A DNA stretch of 64,000 nt from Candidatus Bathyarchaeia archaeon. Its GTDB lineage: Bacteria; Patescibacteriota; Microgenomatia; PFEM01; JAFGMK01. The position numbers and the translations under genes are program-made. This document shows, one piece after another, positions 10,539 through 20,462 of this stretch (position 1 is its first letter; every line of letters begins with the position of its first letter). The notes beneath the pieces were generated by a model that worked only from the letters and a program-made list of their open reading frames with translations, was not told the origin of the DNA and did not search any database. The stretch spans positions 317,904 through 381,903 of the forward strand of contig DATKWK010000035.1 in assembly GCA_035529595.1 (NCBI GenBank), in the 5' to 3' direction.

Positions 10539-13208
10539 TTATAAGACTAGCCTGACGTTAAACATCTCTCCTTCACGAGTAAATTCAAATCGCCTCTTTC
10601 TGAGAATGTAAGCCATAACCTGGTTGTCCTCTAAAAGGTAAGCGTAAAGCTTCCTAATCCGCCGCTGTCGGGCGATTTTTATGAGGTAATCGGTAAGCAT
10701 ACTTCCCAGGCCCTGTCCCTGCCAAGGATCACCAACAACAAGAGCAAATTCTGCATCCTTATTGTAAGGATCCGCAATCAGGCGGCCGACACCGACTAGT
10801 TTTTTTCCTTCGTGATTTTCGATTTCGGCAACAATGGCCACCTCTCGATCGTAATCAATGTGAGTATAGCGGGTCAGTCTTTCATGGGTCATTTCTTTGA
10901 TGATGCTAAAAAAACGGAATCTTTTAGTTTCATCCGAAAATGTCTGGAAGAGTTCTTTTTCTAAAGGTTCATCCTCAGGCTTTACCGCCCTTAAAAGAAC
11001 TCTCTGGCCACCTTTAAGATTTACCATTTTCTCATACTGCTTCGGGTAAGGAGAAATCGACAAGTGGTCATAGGGCTTGGTACCAACTTTGATAGCGGCT
11101 TGATCCAAAACGATTTCGGCATCCAGAACCACCCCCCCGATCTCATCAATAGCAAAAGGATTAATGTCAATTTCCTTGATTTCGGGAAAATCCATCACTA
11201 AATAAGCAAACTTATAAAGCAAATATGCAACTGAATCTAGATTAACTCCTTTTATCCCCCGGTAACCCCTAAGAAGATTGTAGATTTTGGTTCCCTCAAT
11301 AAGCCTGCGTGCCAACATCATATTTAAAGGAGGCAAACCGACATTGACGTCTTTAAAAACCTCCACCGCCACACCACCCATTCCGAATAAGATAACCGGA
11401 CCGAAAAGAGAATCTTTTTTACTGCCAACGAGCAATTCGTAACGTTTGCTAATCATTGCCTCGACTAATACTCCTTGAATCTCCGTATCGGGAAAACAAG
11501 ACCGGCAGTTATTAATCACTTCCAAGAAACCGGACTGTACCGCTTCAGATGAAATAAGATCCAGTTTCACTCCACCAATCTCAGTTTTGTGAACAATCGC
11601 TGGCGCAGAAATTTTAAGCGCTACCGGATAACCGATTTTTTTTGCCAGATTGACTGCTTCAGAAGCATTTCGAGCCAGACCACCGCGAGGAACAGGGATA
11701 CCATAGTTTGCTAAGACTCTTTTAGTTTCGTACTCAGCCAAAATAAATCTTTTTCCTGTAATTACCCGGCTTATTAGTTTTCGAGCCGATAAAGTATCAG
11801 GGCTAAATTCTTCGGGGATATTTGGCGGCGTTTGGTAAAGAAGCTTCAAATTGGCATAATAACTATACATATGGATAAAGGTCTCGACTGCTTGTTCAGG
11901 AAATGAAAAAACCGGAATTCCCCGACTCTGGAGAACCCTTATTCCCGCTGATACTTTGTCACCCCCCATCCATACGGCTAAGAATGTCTTCTGCTGCTCG
12001 TTTGGTAAGGCGGTAATGTTTTTGGCAATTTTGACCGGATTAGTCATTGCCTGGGGAGTCAAAATCACCAAGATTCCATCGACGTTATGGTCCTTTAAAC
12101 AACAATGGACTGCCTCCCGATACCGCACTTCATTAGCATCACCGAGCAAATCTATCGGATTTTTACAGCGACATGCCGAAGGAAGAGCCTTTTTCAATTC
12201 CTTGACGGTTGAGGCAGAAAGTTTAGCCAGACAACCCCCTCTCTCGACCAAGGTATCGGCAGCGATAACCGCCGCGCCTCCGGCATTAGTTACAATTGCC
12301 AACCGGTTACCCTCGGGCATTTTTTCCACTGCCAAAGCATTAGCGCAATTGAACAGTTCATCTAAACGATCCACTCTTAAAATTCCCGCCCGCTGAAAGG
12401 CAGCATCAAAAACGGTATCATCTCCGGCAAGGTTTCCCGTATGAGAAAGAGCCGCCTGGGCACCTTCCGGACTGATACCGGCCTTTAAAACTATAATCGG
12501 TTTGCTTGAGGCAAATGCCCGAGCCGCACTTAAAAACCGGCGGCTATTAGTTAACGATTCCATATAGAGAAGGATACTGGAAACCGTAGAATCATTGCCT
12601 AAATAATCAATAAGATCGGCGAAGTCAACGTCAATCATCTCGCCGATTGAGATAAAATAACTAAAACCAATCTTTTGTCTGATTGCCCAATCAAGGATAG
12701 CGGCACCTAGTGCCCCGCTTTGGGAAATAAAAGCGATTTTCCCCGGTGACGGATTTTGCGACGCAAAACTGGCATTTAGATCCATAGAAGGCCGGATGAA
12801 GCCCAGGCAGTTAGGACCAACTACCCGGATAGGATATTTTTGGACTATTTGACGTAATTGCCTATCGAGTTGCTTGCCTTTAATACCTGACTCTTTAAAC
12901 CCTGAGGAAGTAATGATAACTCCACCGGCTTTCGCCTTTCCGCATTGCTTCAATATCTCAGGAACCGTCTCGGCCGGAGTTGCGATAAGAACCAAATCTG
13001 TCATCTCGGGAAGCGACGAAACCGAAGGATAAGCTTTTAAACCGATAACCCGACTCCTTTTTTGATTAACCGGATAAACTTTACCTTTGAAACCAGCGTC
13101 AATAATATTTTTGATTAAGGCATAGCCGACCCGGTCCGGTTTGTTGCTGGCACCAACGACGGCAACGCTCCGGGGATTAAATAAACGATAAAGATTTTCT
13201 TCCCGCAC
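10539..13208 (-). CDS. NDP-forming acyl-CoA ligase alpha/beta plus GNAT fusion (Pat/YfiQ-like)
   Basis: VAVVGAS CoA-binding, GPNCLG, SQSG, SHTG phospho-His, ATP-grasp HKTE, C-terminal WQGQGLG. Confidence 0.93.
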   Translation of the reverse strand: MREENLYRLFNPRSVAVVGASNKPDRVGYALIKNIIDAGFKGKVYPVNQKRSRVIGLKAYPSVSSLPEMTDLVLIATPAETVPEILKQCGKAKAGGVIITSSGFKESGIKGKQLDRQLRQIVQKYPIRVVGPNCLGFIRPSMDLNASFASQNPSPGKIAFISQSGALGAAILDWAIRQKIGFSYFISIGEMIDVDFADLIDYLGNDSTVSSILLYMESLTNSRRFLSAARAFASSKPIIVLKAGISPEGAQAALSHTGNLAGDDTVFDAAFQRAGILRVDRLDELFNCANALAVEKMPEGNRLAIVTNAGGAAVIAADTLVERGGCLAKLSASTVKELKKALPSACRCKNPIDLLGDANEVRYREAVHCCLKDHNVDGILVILTPQAMTNPVKIAKNITALPNEQQKTFLAVWMGGDKVSAGIRVLQSRGIPVFSFPEQAVETFIHMYSYYANLKLLYQTPPNIPEEFSPDTLSARKLISRVITGKRFILAEYETKRVLANYGIPVPRGGLARNASEAVNLAKKIGYPVALKISAPAIVHKTEIGGVKLDLISSEAVQSGFLEVINNCRSCFPDTEIQGVLVEAMISKRYELLVGSKKDSLFGPVILFGMGGVAVEVFKDVNVGLPPLNMMLARRLIEGTKIYNLLRGYRGIKGVNLDSVAYLLYKFAYLVMDFPEIKEIDINPFAIDEIGGVVLDAEIVLDQAAIKVGTKPYDHLSISPYPKQYEKMVNLKGGQRVLLRAVKPEDEPLEKELFQTFSDETKRFRFFSIIKEMTHERLTRYTHIDYDREVAIVAEIENHEGKKLVGVGRLIADPYNKDAEFALVVGDPWQGQGLGSMLTDYLIKIARQRRIRKLYAYLLEDNQVMAYILRKRRFEFTREGEMFNVRLVL

Positions 13209-13235
13209 CGGTTTCCCTCCGTTTTTTATCTTAAA

Positions 13236-14531
13236 TTATTCACGGGTTTGCTCGCTAAAATACCAATCAGGGCTTGAAGCATTTCCGACAAGCTTTTCTT
13301 TAATTCCGGTCTCCAGATGAAATTTCCATAACTCGTTCTTGCCGGCATTATCTTCAACGCTTAAAATTAGCCAATTTCCATCTGTACACCAATAATCGGT
13401 CCGATTGATCTTCAAACCTGTTTTTATCTTCTGAATCTTTCCTTCAGCCAATCTGACAATGATAATATCCTCCTCTTTTCCAACTTTAACATTTATTAAA
13501 CGGCCTTTTTGGTCGTCCAGTTTGCTGCCTGATAAATTCAGGTTTTCCGGTACCGGTTTTATTTTTTGGATATTGTTGGTACCAATATCCATTTGCCAAA
13601 ATGAATCTTCGGTCCAGAAAAATACTTTTTTTCCGTCATCAAACGGGGTGAGTGAAGAGGTAAAACGAATATCTTTAGTTAAAAAAACCGGGTCTTTCTC
13701 ACCTAAATCGGCCAGTACTGCTGCAGAATTCTCAAGTATCGGTGGTTGATTGACATATTTTACGTATAAAAACTCGTTCTCAGTCAACCAAACGGGTTTT
13801 TCGGGCCATTTTCCGGGTGGGCCAGGATCTTCAAAAACTTGTTCACTACCATCGTCAATATCTATAACGACAATAACAACTTCACTATTTTTTAAACCAA
13901 AAAGGGCGATTTTTTTTGAATCCGGAGACCAGGAAATATCATTCGGAATAAGAATGGCCGTTGTTAAAAGTTCGCGATAACCTGATCCGTCAGCACGCAC
14001 CAGTCTGACCTGGTTTTTAACATCACCATAAAGCAAACAATTCCCTTGGATGATTTGTTTCTTCGTTTTTTCGTCTACCGATAGATAGGCAAGCCATCTT
14101 CCGTCGGGTGAGAAAGTCGGCCGATCATTAGTCCCTTCCGTGGTTAGTTTTTGTTCCCTCGAACCATCGGCGTTAATTATCCAAATATCCCGTTCACCGC
14201 GACAAATATCTCCCCTGACAAAAGTAATCTGACCCTCGATTTCCTCTACCGAAGAAACAACGGAAGGTAAATTAGTGGGAGAAAGAAGCACCCGGGTTTC
14301 CTGGACCGAAGGGGATGGAGATAATAAGTCCTTCCCGGAGATATTTTTTGCGTCATTGGAACCGTATTTGCGTGATCCGACAGCAAAAAAAACGGCAGTT
14401 GACAGAACAAAAAAAACGGCCAAAATTAAAAACAAACTTTTATGCTTATCAAGCTTGCTGAATGACGGACTAGAGGAGGCAACGACGATTGGTTTCTGCT
14501 CTACAAGCTCTTTTTGATTTTGATTTTCCAT
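13236..14531 (-). CDS. Membrane-anchored TolB-like/PD40 beta-propeller protein
   Basis: PTFSPDG and ISWSPDS repeats, N-terminal TM. Confidence 0.8.
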   Translation of the reverse strand: MENQNQKELVEQKPIVVASSSPSFSKLDKHKSLFLILAVFFVLSTAVFFAVGSRKYGSNDAKNISGKDLLSPSPSVQETRVLLSPTNLPSVVSSVEEIEGQITFVRGDICRGERDIWIINADGSREQKLTTEGTNDRPTFSPDGRWLAYLSVDEKTKKQIIQGNCLLYGDVKNQVRLVRADGSGYRELLTTAILIPNDISWSPDSKKIALFGLKNSEVVIVVIDIDDGSEQVFEDPGPPGKWPEKPVWLTENEFLYVKYVNQPPILENSAAVLADLGEKDPVFLTKDIRFTSSLTPFDDGKKVFFWTEDSFWQMDIGTNNIQKIKPVPENLNLSGSKLDDQKGRLINVKVGKEEDIIIVRLAEGKIQKIKTGLKINRTDYWCTDGNWLILSVEDNAGKNELWKFHLETGIKEKLVGNASSPDWYFSEQTRE

Positions 14532-14649
14532 TTCTCTATTTTTTCAGTATAGCATAGAGAACTTAAACCGGCCGAAAGGCGAAAGATTTATCAAGAGCAA
14601 AATAATCAGGTAGACTATTCCCCATACTCTTCACCAACAAATACTGTTT

Positions 14650-14788
14650 GAGACTGTTGAATATCGTTTTCCGGTTTGTCATCCTGAGCGCAGCCGAAGG
14701 ATCTAGCGTTAGCGCAAATACGGTCCGGTTTAATCGGACCTAGATTCTTCACTTCGTTCAGAATAACACGGAGTTATTCAACACTCTC
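14650..14788. repeat. Nested REP/REPIN-like palindrome
   Basis: TGTCATCCTGAGCGCAGCCGAAGGATCTAG...CTAGATTCTTCACTTCGTTCAGAATAACA, inner GGTCCG/CGGACC stem and an outer 14-bp inverted repeat. Confidence 0.75.
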
Positions 14789-14875
14789 ACCGTTTACTTA
14801 TTGACATAATTCAGTAAAACACTAATATTACTTTATTGATCTTAATTCATAAAGATTTTTTAATTTATCAAATCA

Positions 14876-16402
14876 ATGGCAATTAAAGGGATACCAGAAG
14901 AATCTAAAAAAGAAGATAAACCTCCGGACAGCGGCTCTGAAAAAAAGAATAATAAAACTTTAGACTTCTCGCAAAAGGAGCCTTTTTTAATGCCGGCAAA
15001 CTTCCAAGTAATATCCACAAACGAACTAAACGGTAATAAAAAAAGTGATTTGGTCGTTTATGTGTATAACATAGTCGAAGATGAGTGGTCTTTTTTCAAT
15101 GCCATTTCTGATCTCCGGGAAAGGAAAGAACAGATCGAACGTTGCGAAAGTTACACTGATTGTTTTTTCTTGCGGATGGCTGCCCAGGGAAATTTTGTCT
15201 ATCTTTCTCCTCAAAACATCAGTGCTGATTTCCAGAATTATATCCGGTCTCTTCTCAAATGCAAAGATAGTGAAGTAATTGTTCCCCAAATGAAATCCCA
15301 CCAAATTTGTTTGGATTTTATCAAAGACAAAAAGGCTTTTGGTTTATTTGTTAAAAAAGCCGAAAACTACAAACGGGTAGTTCTTCTAAGTTATGTGGCT
15401 TCTCCCCAGTTTTACCTATTAAAAGAAGCTCTGGTAAGGAAAGGAATCGAAGTTTATACCCCCGAGGCGCCGGAGTTAGATTGCGCTTGGACGGTCAATT
15501 TTTTCGGCAGTAAATCCGGCATCCGCCAACTGGCTCAACAAAGCGTTGCTGCCGAGCCGGATTTTATGATGCCTGACGGCGTCATCTGCGTCGGTAAATT
15601 TGACGCTGCCAAAATTGCCGCCAATAAATACATCAAGCAAAAAGGAGTAGTGGTTAAAACTAACAAAGGCAGTGGCGGAAACGGTGTTTTGATCTTCCGG
15701 GAAAACGATCTGCCTTTTAATTACCTGGAATGCGAGAAGAAAATCAGGGAATATTTAAACCGCGATATCTACTGGGAAAAGTTTCCCATAATCATCGAGG
15801 ACCTGATTAATATCAATTATGCTGTCGGTGGCGGTTTTCCCAATGTCGAGTTCAAAATCCACAAAAACGGCCGGATCGAAATGGTTTTTTACTGTGCCTG
15901 TATGGTAACCGACAAGGGCGCCTATTACGGCTTGGATATTAATGACGAAATCATCAATGACCGAATCGCGACGCGGATTGTGGATACCGGTTATTATATT
16001 GCCGAGCAATACAGCAGCGCCGGCTATCGCGGACATTTTGATGTTGATATGATGGCCGCCAAAAATAACCATATTTACGTTTGTGAGTCAAATACCCGTA
16101 ATACCGGCGGCACCGATATTTATTATCTGGCCAGCAAGCTGGCCGGCAAGGACTTTATGTCCGATGTGTACGTGATCAGCCGTAGCCATTTCCGTTTGTC
16201 GGCCAAAAAAATCTATACTTTTAACCAGATAATTGGACGGTTGGAAACTTTACTTTATTCGTATTCAACCGGAGAAGGGGTGATTGTTAATTCGGAAAAT
16301 ATTCTCAAGGAAAAAGAACTTATCTATACTATTATCGGCCGAGACAAGAAAAGGGCTTATGAGATCGAGGCCAAGATGAGGGAAGCTTTGGCGGTATCCT
16401 GA
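14876..16402 (+). CDS. ATP-grasp ligase-like protein
   Basis: VVKTNKGSGGNG, IIEDLI, GYRGHFDVD, CESNTRNTGGT (ExNxR). Confidence 0.8.
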   Translation: MAIKGIPEESKKEDKPPDSGSEKKNNKTLDFSQKEPFLMPANFQVISTNELNGNKKSDLVVYVYNIVEDEWSFFNAISDLRERKEQIERCESYTDCFFLRMAAQGNFVYLSPQNISADFQNYIRSLLKCKDSEVIVPQMKSHQICLDFIKDKKAFGLFVKKAENYKRVVLLSYVASPQFYLLKEALVRKGIEVYTPEAPELDCAWTVNFFGSKSGIRQLAQQSVAAEPDFMMPDGVICVGKFDAAKIAANKYIKQKGVVVKTNKGSGGNGVLIFRENDLPFNYLECEKKIREYLNRDIYWEKFPIIIEDLININYAVGGGFPNVEFKIHKNGRIEMVFYCACMVTDKGAYYGLDINDEIINDRIATRIVDTGYYIAEQYSSAGYRGHFDVDMMAAKNNHIYVCESNTRNTGGTDIYYLASKLAGKDFMSDVYVISRSHFRLSAKKIYTFNQIIGRLETLLYSYSTGEGVIVNSENILKEKELIYTIIGRDKKRAYEIEAKMREALAVS

Positions 16403-16466
16403 AAACGAAGCAGGCTCCCTGAATAGTCCTCTATTAGAAAGATTGATAACCCGATAAAGGTAATTT

Positions 16467-16877
16467 TCATTTACTTTTTAAGTATTCGGTAATCGTCGGT
16501 GTAAATTGGGGATAACTGTCAATAATCATCCCATGCAAATCAGATATCGCAAACCACCTATAATTAATATGTTCTTGATTATTAACCTTCAGGTCGATTA
16601 AACTTCTGACACAAACTTCAAAAAAAACACAATATTTTGTTTGGTATGGGTCTTTCACTAAAGCAACTGCTACCGGAGAAAATCCAGTTGTTTCTAAACT
16701 AGTTTCTTCTTTAACCTCCCTAATAAACGCTTTTTCCCAATCCTCTCCCTGATTTAATCGGCCCCCTGGGAGAGACCAAAGCTTCGATCTAACTCTCTGG
16801 AGGAGTAAGATTTCCTTCTTCGGATTAAGAATCAAAGCATATTGACCGATGGTTGCCAAAAGGTGATTATTTGTCAT
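16467..16877 (-). CDS. NUDIX hydrolase
   Basis: LPGGRLNQGEDWEKAFIREVKEETSL Nudix box; likely start MTNN. Confidence 0.9.
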   Translation of the reverse strand: MTNNHLLATIGQYALILNPKKEILLLQRVRSKLWSLPGGRLNQGEDWEKAFIREVKEETSLETTGFSPVAVALVKDPYQTKYCVFFEVCVRSLIDLKVNNQEHINYRWFAISDLHGMIIDSYPQFTPTITEYLKSK

Positions 16878-16878
16878 T

Positions 16879-18681
16879 TTATTCCTTATAGCTCTCCGAC
16901 TGAATCCTAAATAGTCTAGCATATAAACCGTTTTTCTCCATCAGCTCTTTGTGGTTACCTTCTTCAATTACCCGACCGGACTCAAGGACAATAATCCGAT
17001 CCGCTCGTTTAACGGTTGAAAAACGATGAGAAATCAAAAACATCACCCGATTTTTTACGACTCTCACAAGTTTATTAAATACTTCCTCCTCGCTTTCCGG
17101 ATCCATGTTACTGGTCGGTTCATCCAGAATAATCATCTTCGATTTTCTAAATAAAGCCCTTGCTAAAGCAACTTTCTGCCACTGGCCAATCGAAAGATCG
17201 ACTCCTCCCTCAAGCTCTCTGATTAAGGAAGTATCATAGCCTTGCGGTAAACAGGAAAGGTATTTATCTATTCCGGTCAATCTGGCCGCTTTTCTGATAG
17301 CTTTCCTTTTACTAATCCTATCTATATCCCCATAACCGATACTCTCCCAAGCAGAAATACCATAGGTTTCAAAGTCCTGAAAAAGCGCACTGATTAACCG
17401 CCAGTAGGAATAAATATTGAACTTTTCTATATTGATGCCATTAACCAGAATTTGTCCCGATCTGGGAATATAGAAACGGCAAAGAAGTTTCACTAAAGTA
17501 GTCTTACCGGCGCCGTTATGGCCGACGATAGCAATGTTCTCATTGGGATTAACTTTAAAGGAGACATTCTCTAAAACCAATTTCTTAACATTTGGGTATT
17601 GAAAAGAAACATTCTTAAACTCGATTGAATTGATCTTATCAATTAAGGCTTTTTTTCCCCGAGAAGCTTCACCTTGATGATTTAAAACACTAATCAATTT
17701 ATCAATATACACCGAAGATTCTTGCAGTTGTCCCCCCCGATCGATCGCATCTTTCGAGTAATCAACAAATCTTAAACAAGTACTTAAAGCTAATTGCCAA
17801 TCACCAATGGTAAATAGCCCCTTAATTATTCGCCGCAAGAGTAAATAACTGATTGAAAAAACCCCGACCATCGGTAGAACAGCATTAGCTAGTCTCAGTT
17901 TTAAAAGTTCGTGTTCGGTTTTTTCAAACATCCCTATAGTGATCTCCTGAATCTTTTCCAACTGCTTCTTTACCAGAGTTTTTATTCCTAATATTCTTCC
18001 CTCACAACTCCCCCGGCCACTCTCTAAATAGTTAAGATAAATATCTCGTTTCCGACTAAACTTGGCTGAGTTTGAGGCCACGGTTAATGATTTCTTCACA
18101 GCCGGCTTAAGGCCAAGCAAGCGGGGAAAAAGAGTCAACAAAAGAATCAACCAGTAAAAGGGATTGAATTTAATAATCACGGCCGAGGCGATTATCCAAG
18201 AAATTACTGCGGCAATTAAACCGACAGCTTGATCAACGATAGGAGAAATCCTGAACCTGCTTTCTCTCTTTACCAAAACGTATTCATCTTTAAACTGGGA
18301 ATCTTCAACTACCGTTATCGGCAATGAAGCATGTTTATAAGCCAAGTCGATTTCGATGGTGGAAGGCAACTTTTCTCTTAAAATTCTGGTTAAGATTAAG
18401 TGGTGACGAAAAGCAAATTGATCCCAGGAATCAACCAAAAAGTGCAGTAATAAAATTATTGCCACGTATCTGGTTACCAAGGGAACCCCTAAGCTATTAA
18501 TCCTTGTAAGAGCATCAATAATTAATTTGATAAAGTAGGCATTAATAAGAGGATGGATATTCAAATAGATATTATAGAAGGATATTAGCCAGATTTGACC
18601 GCCGACGACTTTCTGGCTATAAGTCCAACAGAACCGGATTACTCGGAAAAGAGATTTTATAAACTGGGCAGTTTTCCTCAT
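16879..18681 (-). CDS. ABC exporter (fused TMD and NBD)
   Basis: TM N-half; GHNGAGKT, LSIGQWQK, ILDEPT, ISHR. Confidence 0.92.
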   Translation of the reverse strand: MRKTAQFIKSLFRVIRFCWTYSQKVVGGQIWLISFYNIYLNIHPLINAYFIKLIIDALTRINSLGVPLVTRYVAIILLLHFLVDSWDQFAFRHHLILTRILREKLPSTIEIDLAYKHASLPITVVEDSQFKDEYVLVKRESRFRISPIVDQAVGLIAAVISWIIASAVIIKFNPFYWLILLLTLFPRLLGLKPAVKKSLTVASNSAKFSRKRDIYLNYLESGRGSCEGRILGIKTLVKKQLEKIQEITIGMFEKTEHELLKLRLANAVLPMVGVFSISYLLLRRIIKGLFTIGDWQLALSTCLRFVDYSKDAIDRGGQLQESSVYIDKLISVLNHQGEASRGKKALIDKINSIEFKNVSFQYPNVKKLVLENVSFKVNPNENIAIVGHNGAGKTTLVKLLCRFYIPRSGQILVNGINIEKFNIYSYWRLISALFQDFETYGISAWESIGYGDIDRISKRKAIRKAARLTGIDKYLSCLPQGYDTSLIRELEGGVDLSIGQWQKVALARALFRKSKMIILDEPTSNMDPESEEEVFNKLVRVVKNRVMFLISHRFSTVKRADRIIVLESGRVIEEGNHKELMEKNGLYARLFRIQSESYKE

Positions 18682-18851
18682 CTGTCATCATTTTACCAGA
18701 AGTTTGTCATTTAGGAAAAGCCAAAATTTATTCTCAAGTTATTCGAGAAAGTGAAATCCGCAGACCACCAAAAGGGAGTGGATTTATCAAAGAATCTGAG
18801 TAGTTACATAATTTTTTCCAGATAGGTATTTTTTTAACATTTTATGATAAG

Positions 18852-19886
18852 ATGTCTAGTATGGGAAAATTACTTATCGCTTTTTTATTCAATGTTCGGC
18901 ATCGTTATCATGACCCGCATGACCCCCGGTTCGAGCTGGAAGTTGATTTTGATGATCCGAAGACAATCAAGGCTATTGAAGATAATTTACAGCAAGCCGG
19001 TTATCAGGTTTTACCCATAGAAGCTAATCGGCAGGCTTATGCAATTCTCAAAAAAAATCGCCGAAGAATCGATCTGGTTTTTAATTACGCGGAAGGTATC
19101 TACGGCCACGACCGCGAAGCTCAACTGCCGGCGATACTTGAGATGCTACAAATTTCTTACACCGGTTCCGGACCCCTGACCCAATGTCTGTGCCTCAATA
19201 AGGCCAAAGCTAAAGAGGTTTTACTGATAAATCAAGTACCGGTTTTACCAAGCCAACTTTTTGAAACGAGCAAAGATAAATTACCAAGAAAGCTGCAGTT
19301 TCCTCTACTGGTTAAACCCTTATCCCAAGGATCTTCGGCCGGAATTACCCAACAAAGCATTGTTAACAACTACGACCAATTAAGAGCCCAGGTAAAAAAG
19401 ATTATCCGTACTTTTAAACAGCCGGCTTTGGTAGAACCGTTTCTTAAAGGCAGGGAGTTTTCTATCGGCATGTGGGGCAATCCGCCGAAACTGCTGCCGA
19501 TCATTGAACCTGATTTTACTAAATTACCCAAGAATTATTTACCCTTGGATTCTTTGGAAGTAAAATGGATTTATGAAGAGGAGGGAAAAGAGAACCATTT
19601 ACAATGTCCGGCCAAAGTCAGCCGTCAATTAAGCCAACTTCTCGAAAAAATTTGTCTTAAAACTTGGGAAGCCTTGGAAATTCAGGATTGGTGCCGGGTA
19701 GATTTACGTTGCGATGAAGCCAACCGGCCATATGTCTTGGAAGTCAACTCGCCGGCGGGGCTGATTCCACCGGAGTTGTCACAAGCCTCTTATTTTCCCC
19801 TGGCAGCACGGGCGGCTGGTATCAAATATCAAGAATTGCTGAAGAAAATCGTCAATACCGCACTAAGAAGATACGGAAAAATCTGA
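18852..19886 (+). CDS. D-Ala-D-Ala ligase-like ATP-grasp protein
   Basis: YTGSGP, LLVKP..GSSAGI, GREF, RVDLR, LEVNSPAG. Confidence 0.85.
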   Translation: MSSMGKLLIAFLFNVRHRYHDPHDPRFELEVDFDDPKTIKAIEDNLQQAGYQVLPIEANRQAYAILKKNRRRIDLVFNYAEGIYGHDREAQLPAILEMLQISYTGSGPLTQCLCLNKAKAKEVLLINQVPVLPSQLFETSKDKLPRKLQFPLLVKPLSQGSSAGITQQSIVNNYDQLRAQVKKIIRTFKQPALVEPFLKGREFSIGMWGNPPKLLPIIEPDFTKLPKNYLPLDSLEVKWIYEEEGKENHLQCPAKVSRQLSQLLEKICLKTWEALEIQDWCRVDLRCDEANRPYVLEVNSPAGLIPPELSQASYFPLAARAAGIKYQELLKKIVNTALRRYGKI

Positions 19887-19919
19887 AACGTTCAAGATAT
19901 GGATAGTAGATTTGCATAA

Positions 19920-20375
19920 TCAATCCTGCTTTTTGATTTTTTCAAGATCATCGACAATTAACCAAGCAGCCATCGCTCCAAAACCGGTCTTATTAATCTC
20001 AAACGGTTTGACCTTCTGAACATTGCCAAAAAAAACCAAAATACAATAGTTCTTGTCATTAAAATAGTCTTGTAAATCTGCCGGTAGATCTTTAGTTACT
20101 CCTAAATCACTTTCACCATACTCATCAAGAATTTCTTTAGTTTTTTGGGGAGTTAAATTCTCAAACTGGAGGACTTTAATCACTTCTGCCTTAACGGTCA
20201 CCGGTTCGCCCGAATCTTTAAAGTAAATCGTATCGCCTGGAAAGATCCGGTCCCAAGGCCTGTATCGGTTCTTATACCAACGGGATTCAACTGCTTTTTC
20301 ACCAGTTAAAATCTTTTGGATTAATCCCCAAGATTTTCTCATTATCGCGATGTGGATTCTTTTCTCCCGGGTCAT
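19920..20375 (-). CDS. ASCH/PUA-like domain protein
   Basis: ILTGEKAVESR...PGDTIYF pattern. Confidence 0.75.
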   Translation of the reverse strand: MTREKRIHIAIMRKSWGLIQKILTGEKAVESRWYKNRYRPWDRIFPGDTIYFKDSGEPVTVKAEVIKVLQFENLTPQKTKEILDEYGESDLGVTKDLPADLQDYFNDKNYCILVFFGNVQKVKPFEINKTGFGAMAAWLIVDDLEKIKKQD

Positions 20376-20452
20376 CTCTTTTCATCGCTCCAAGTCAAAC
20401 GTTTAATCTTTTCCAATTCTCGATGATAATCAACATTTGGCGATACCACCTT
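20372..20452 (-). pseudogene. C-terminal gene stub, possibly of an IS200/RAYT-like transposase
   Basis: KVVSPNVDYHRELEKIKRLTWSDEKR* overlaps the ASCH start (ATGA); family assignment from recalled similarity only. Confidence 0.3.
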
Positions 20453-20462
20453 GTTTTTTACT

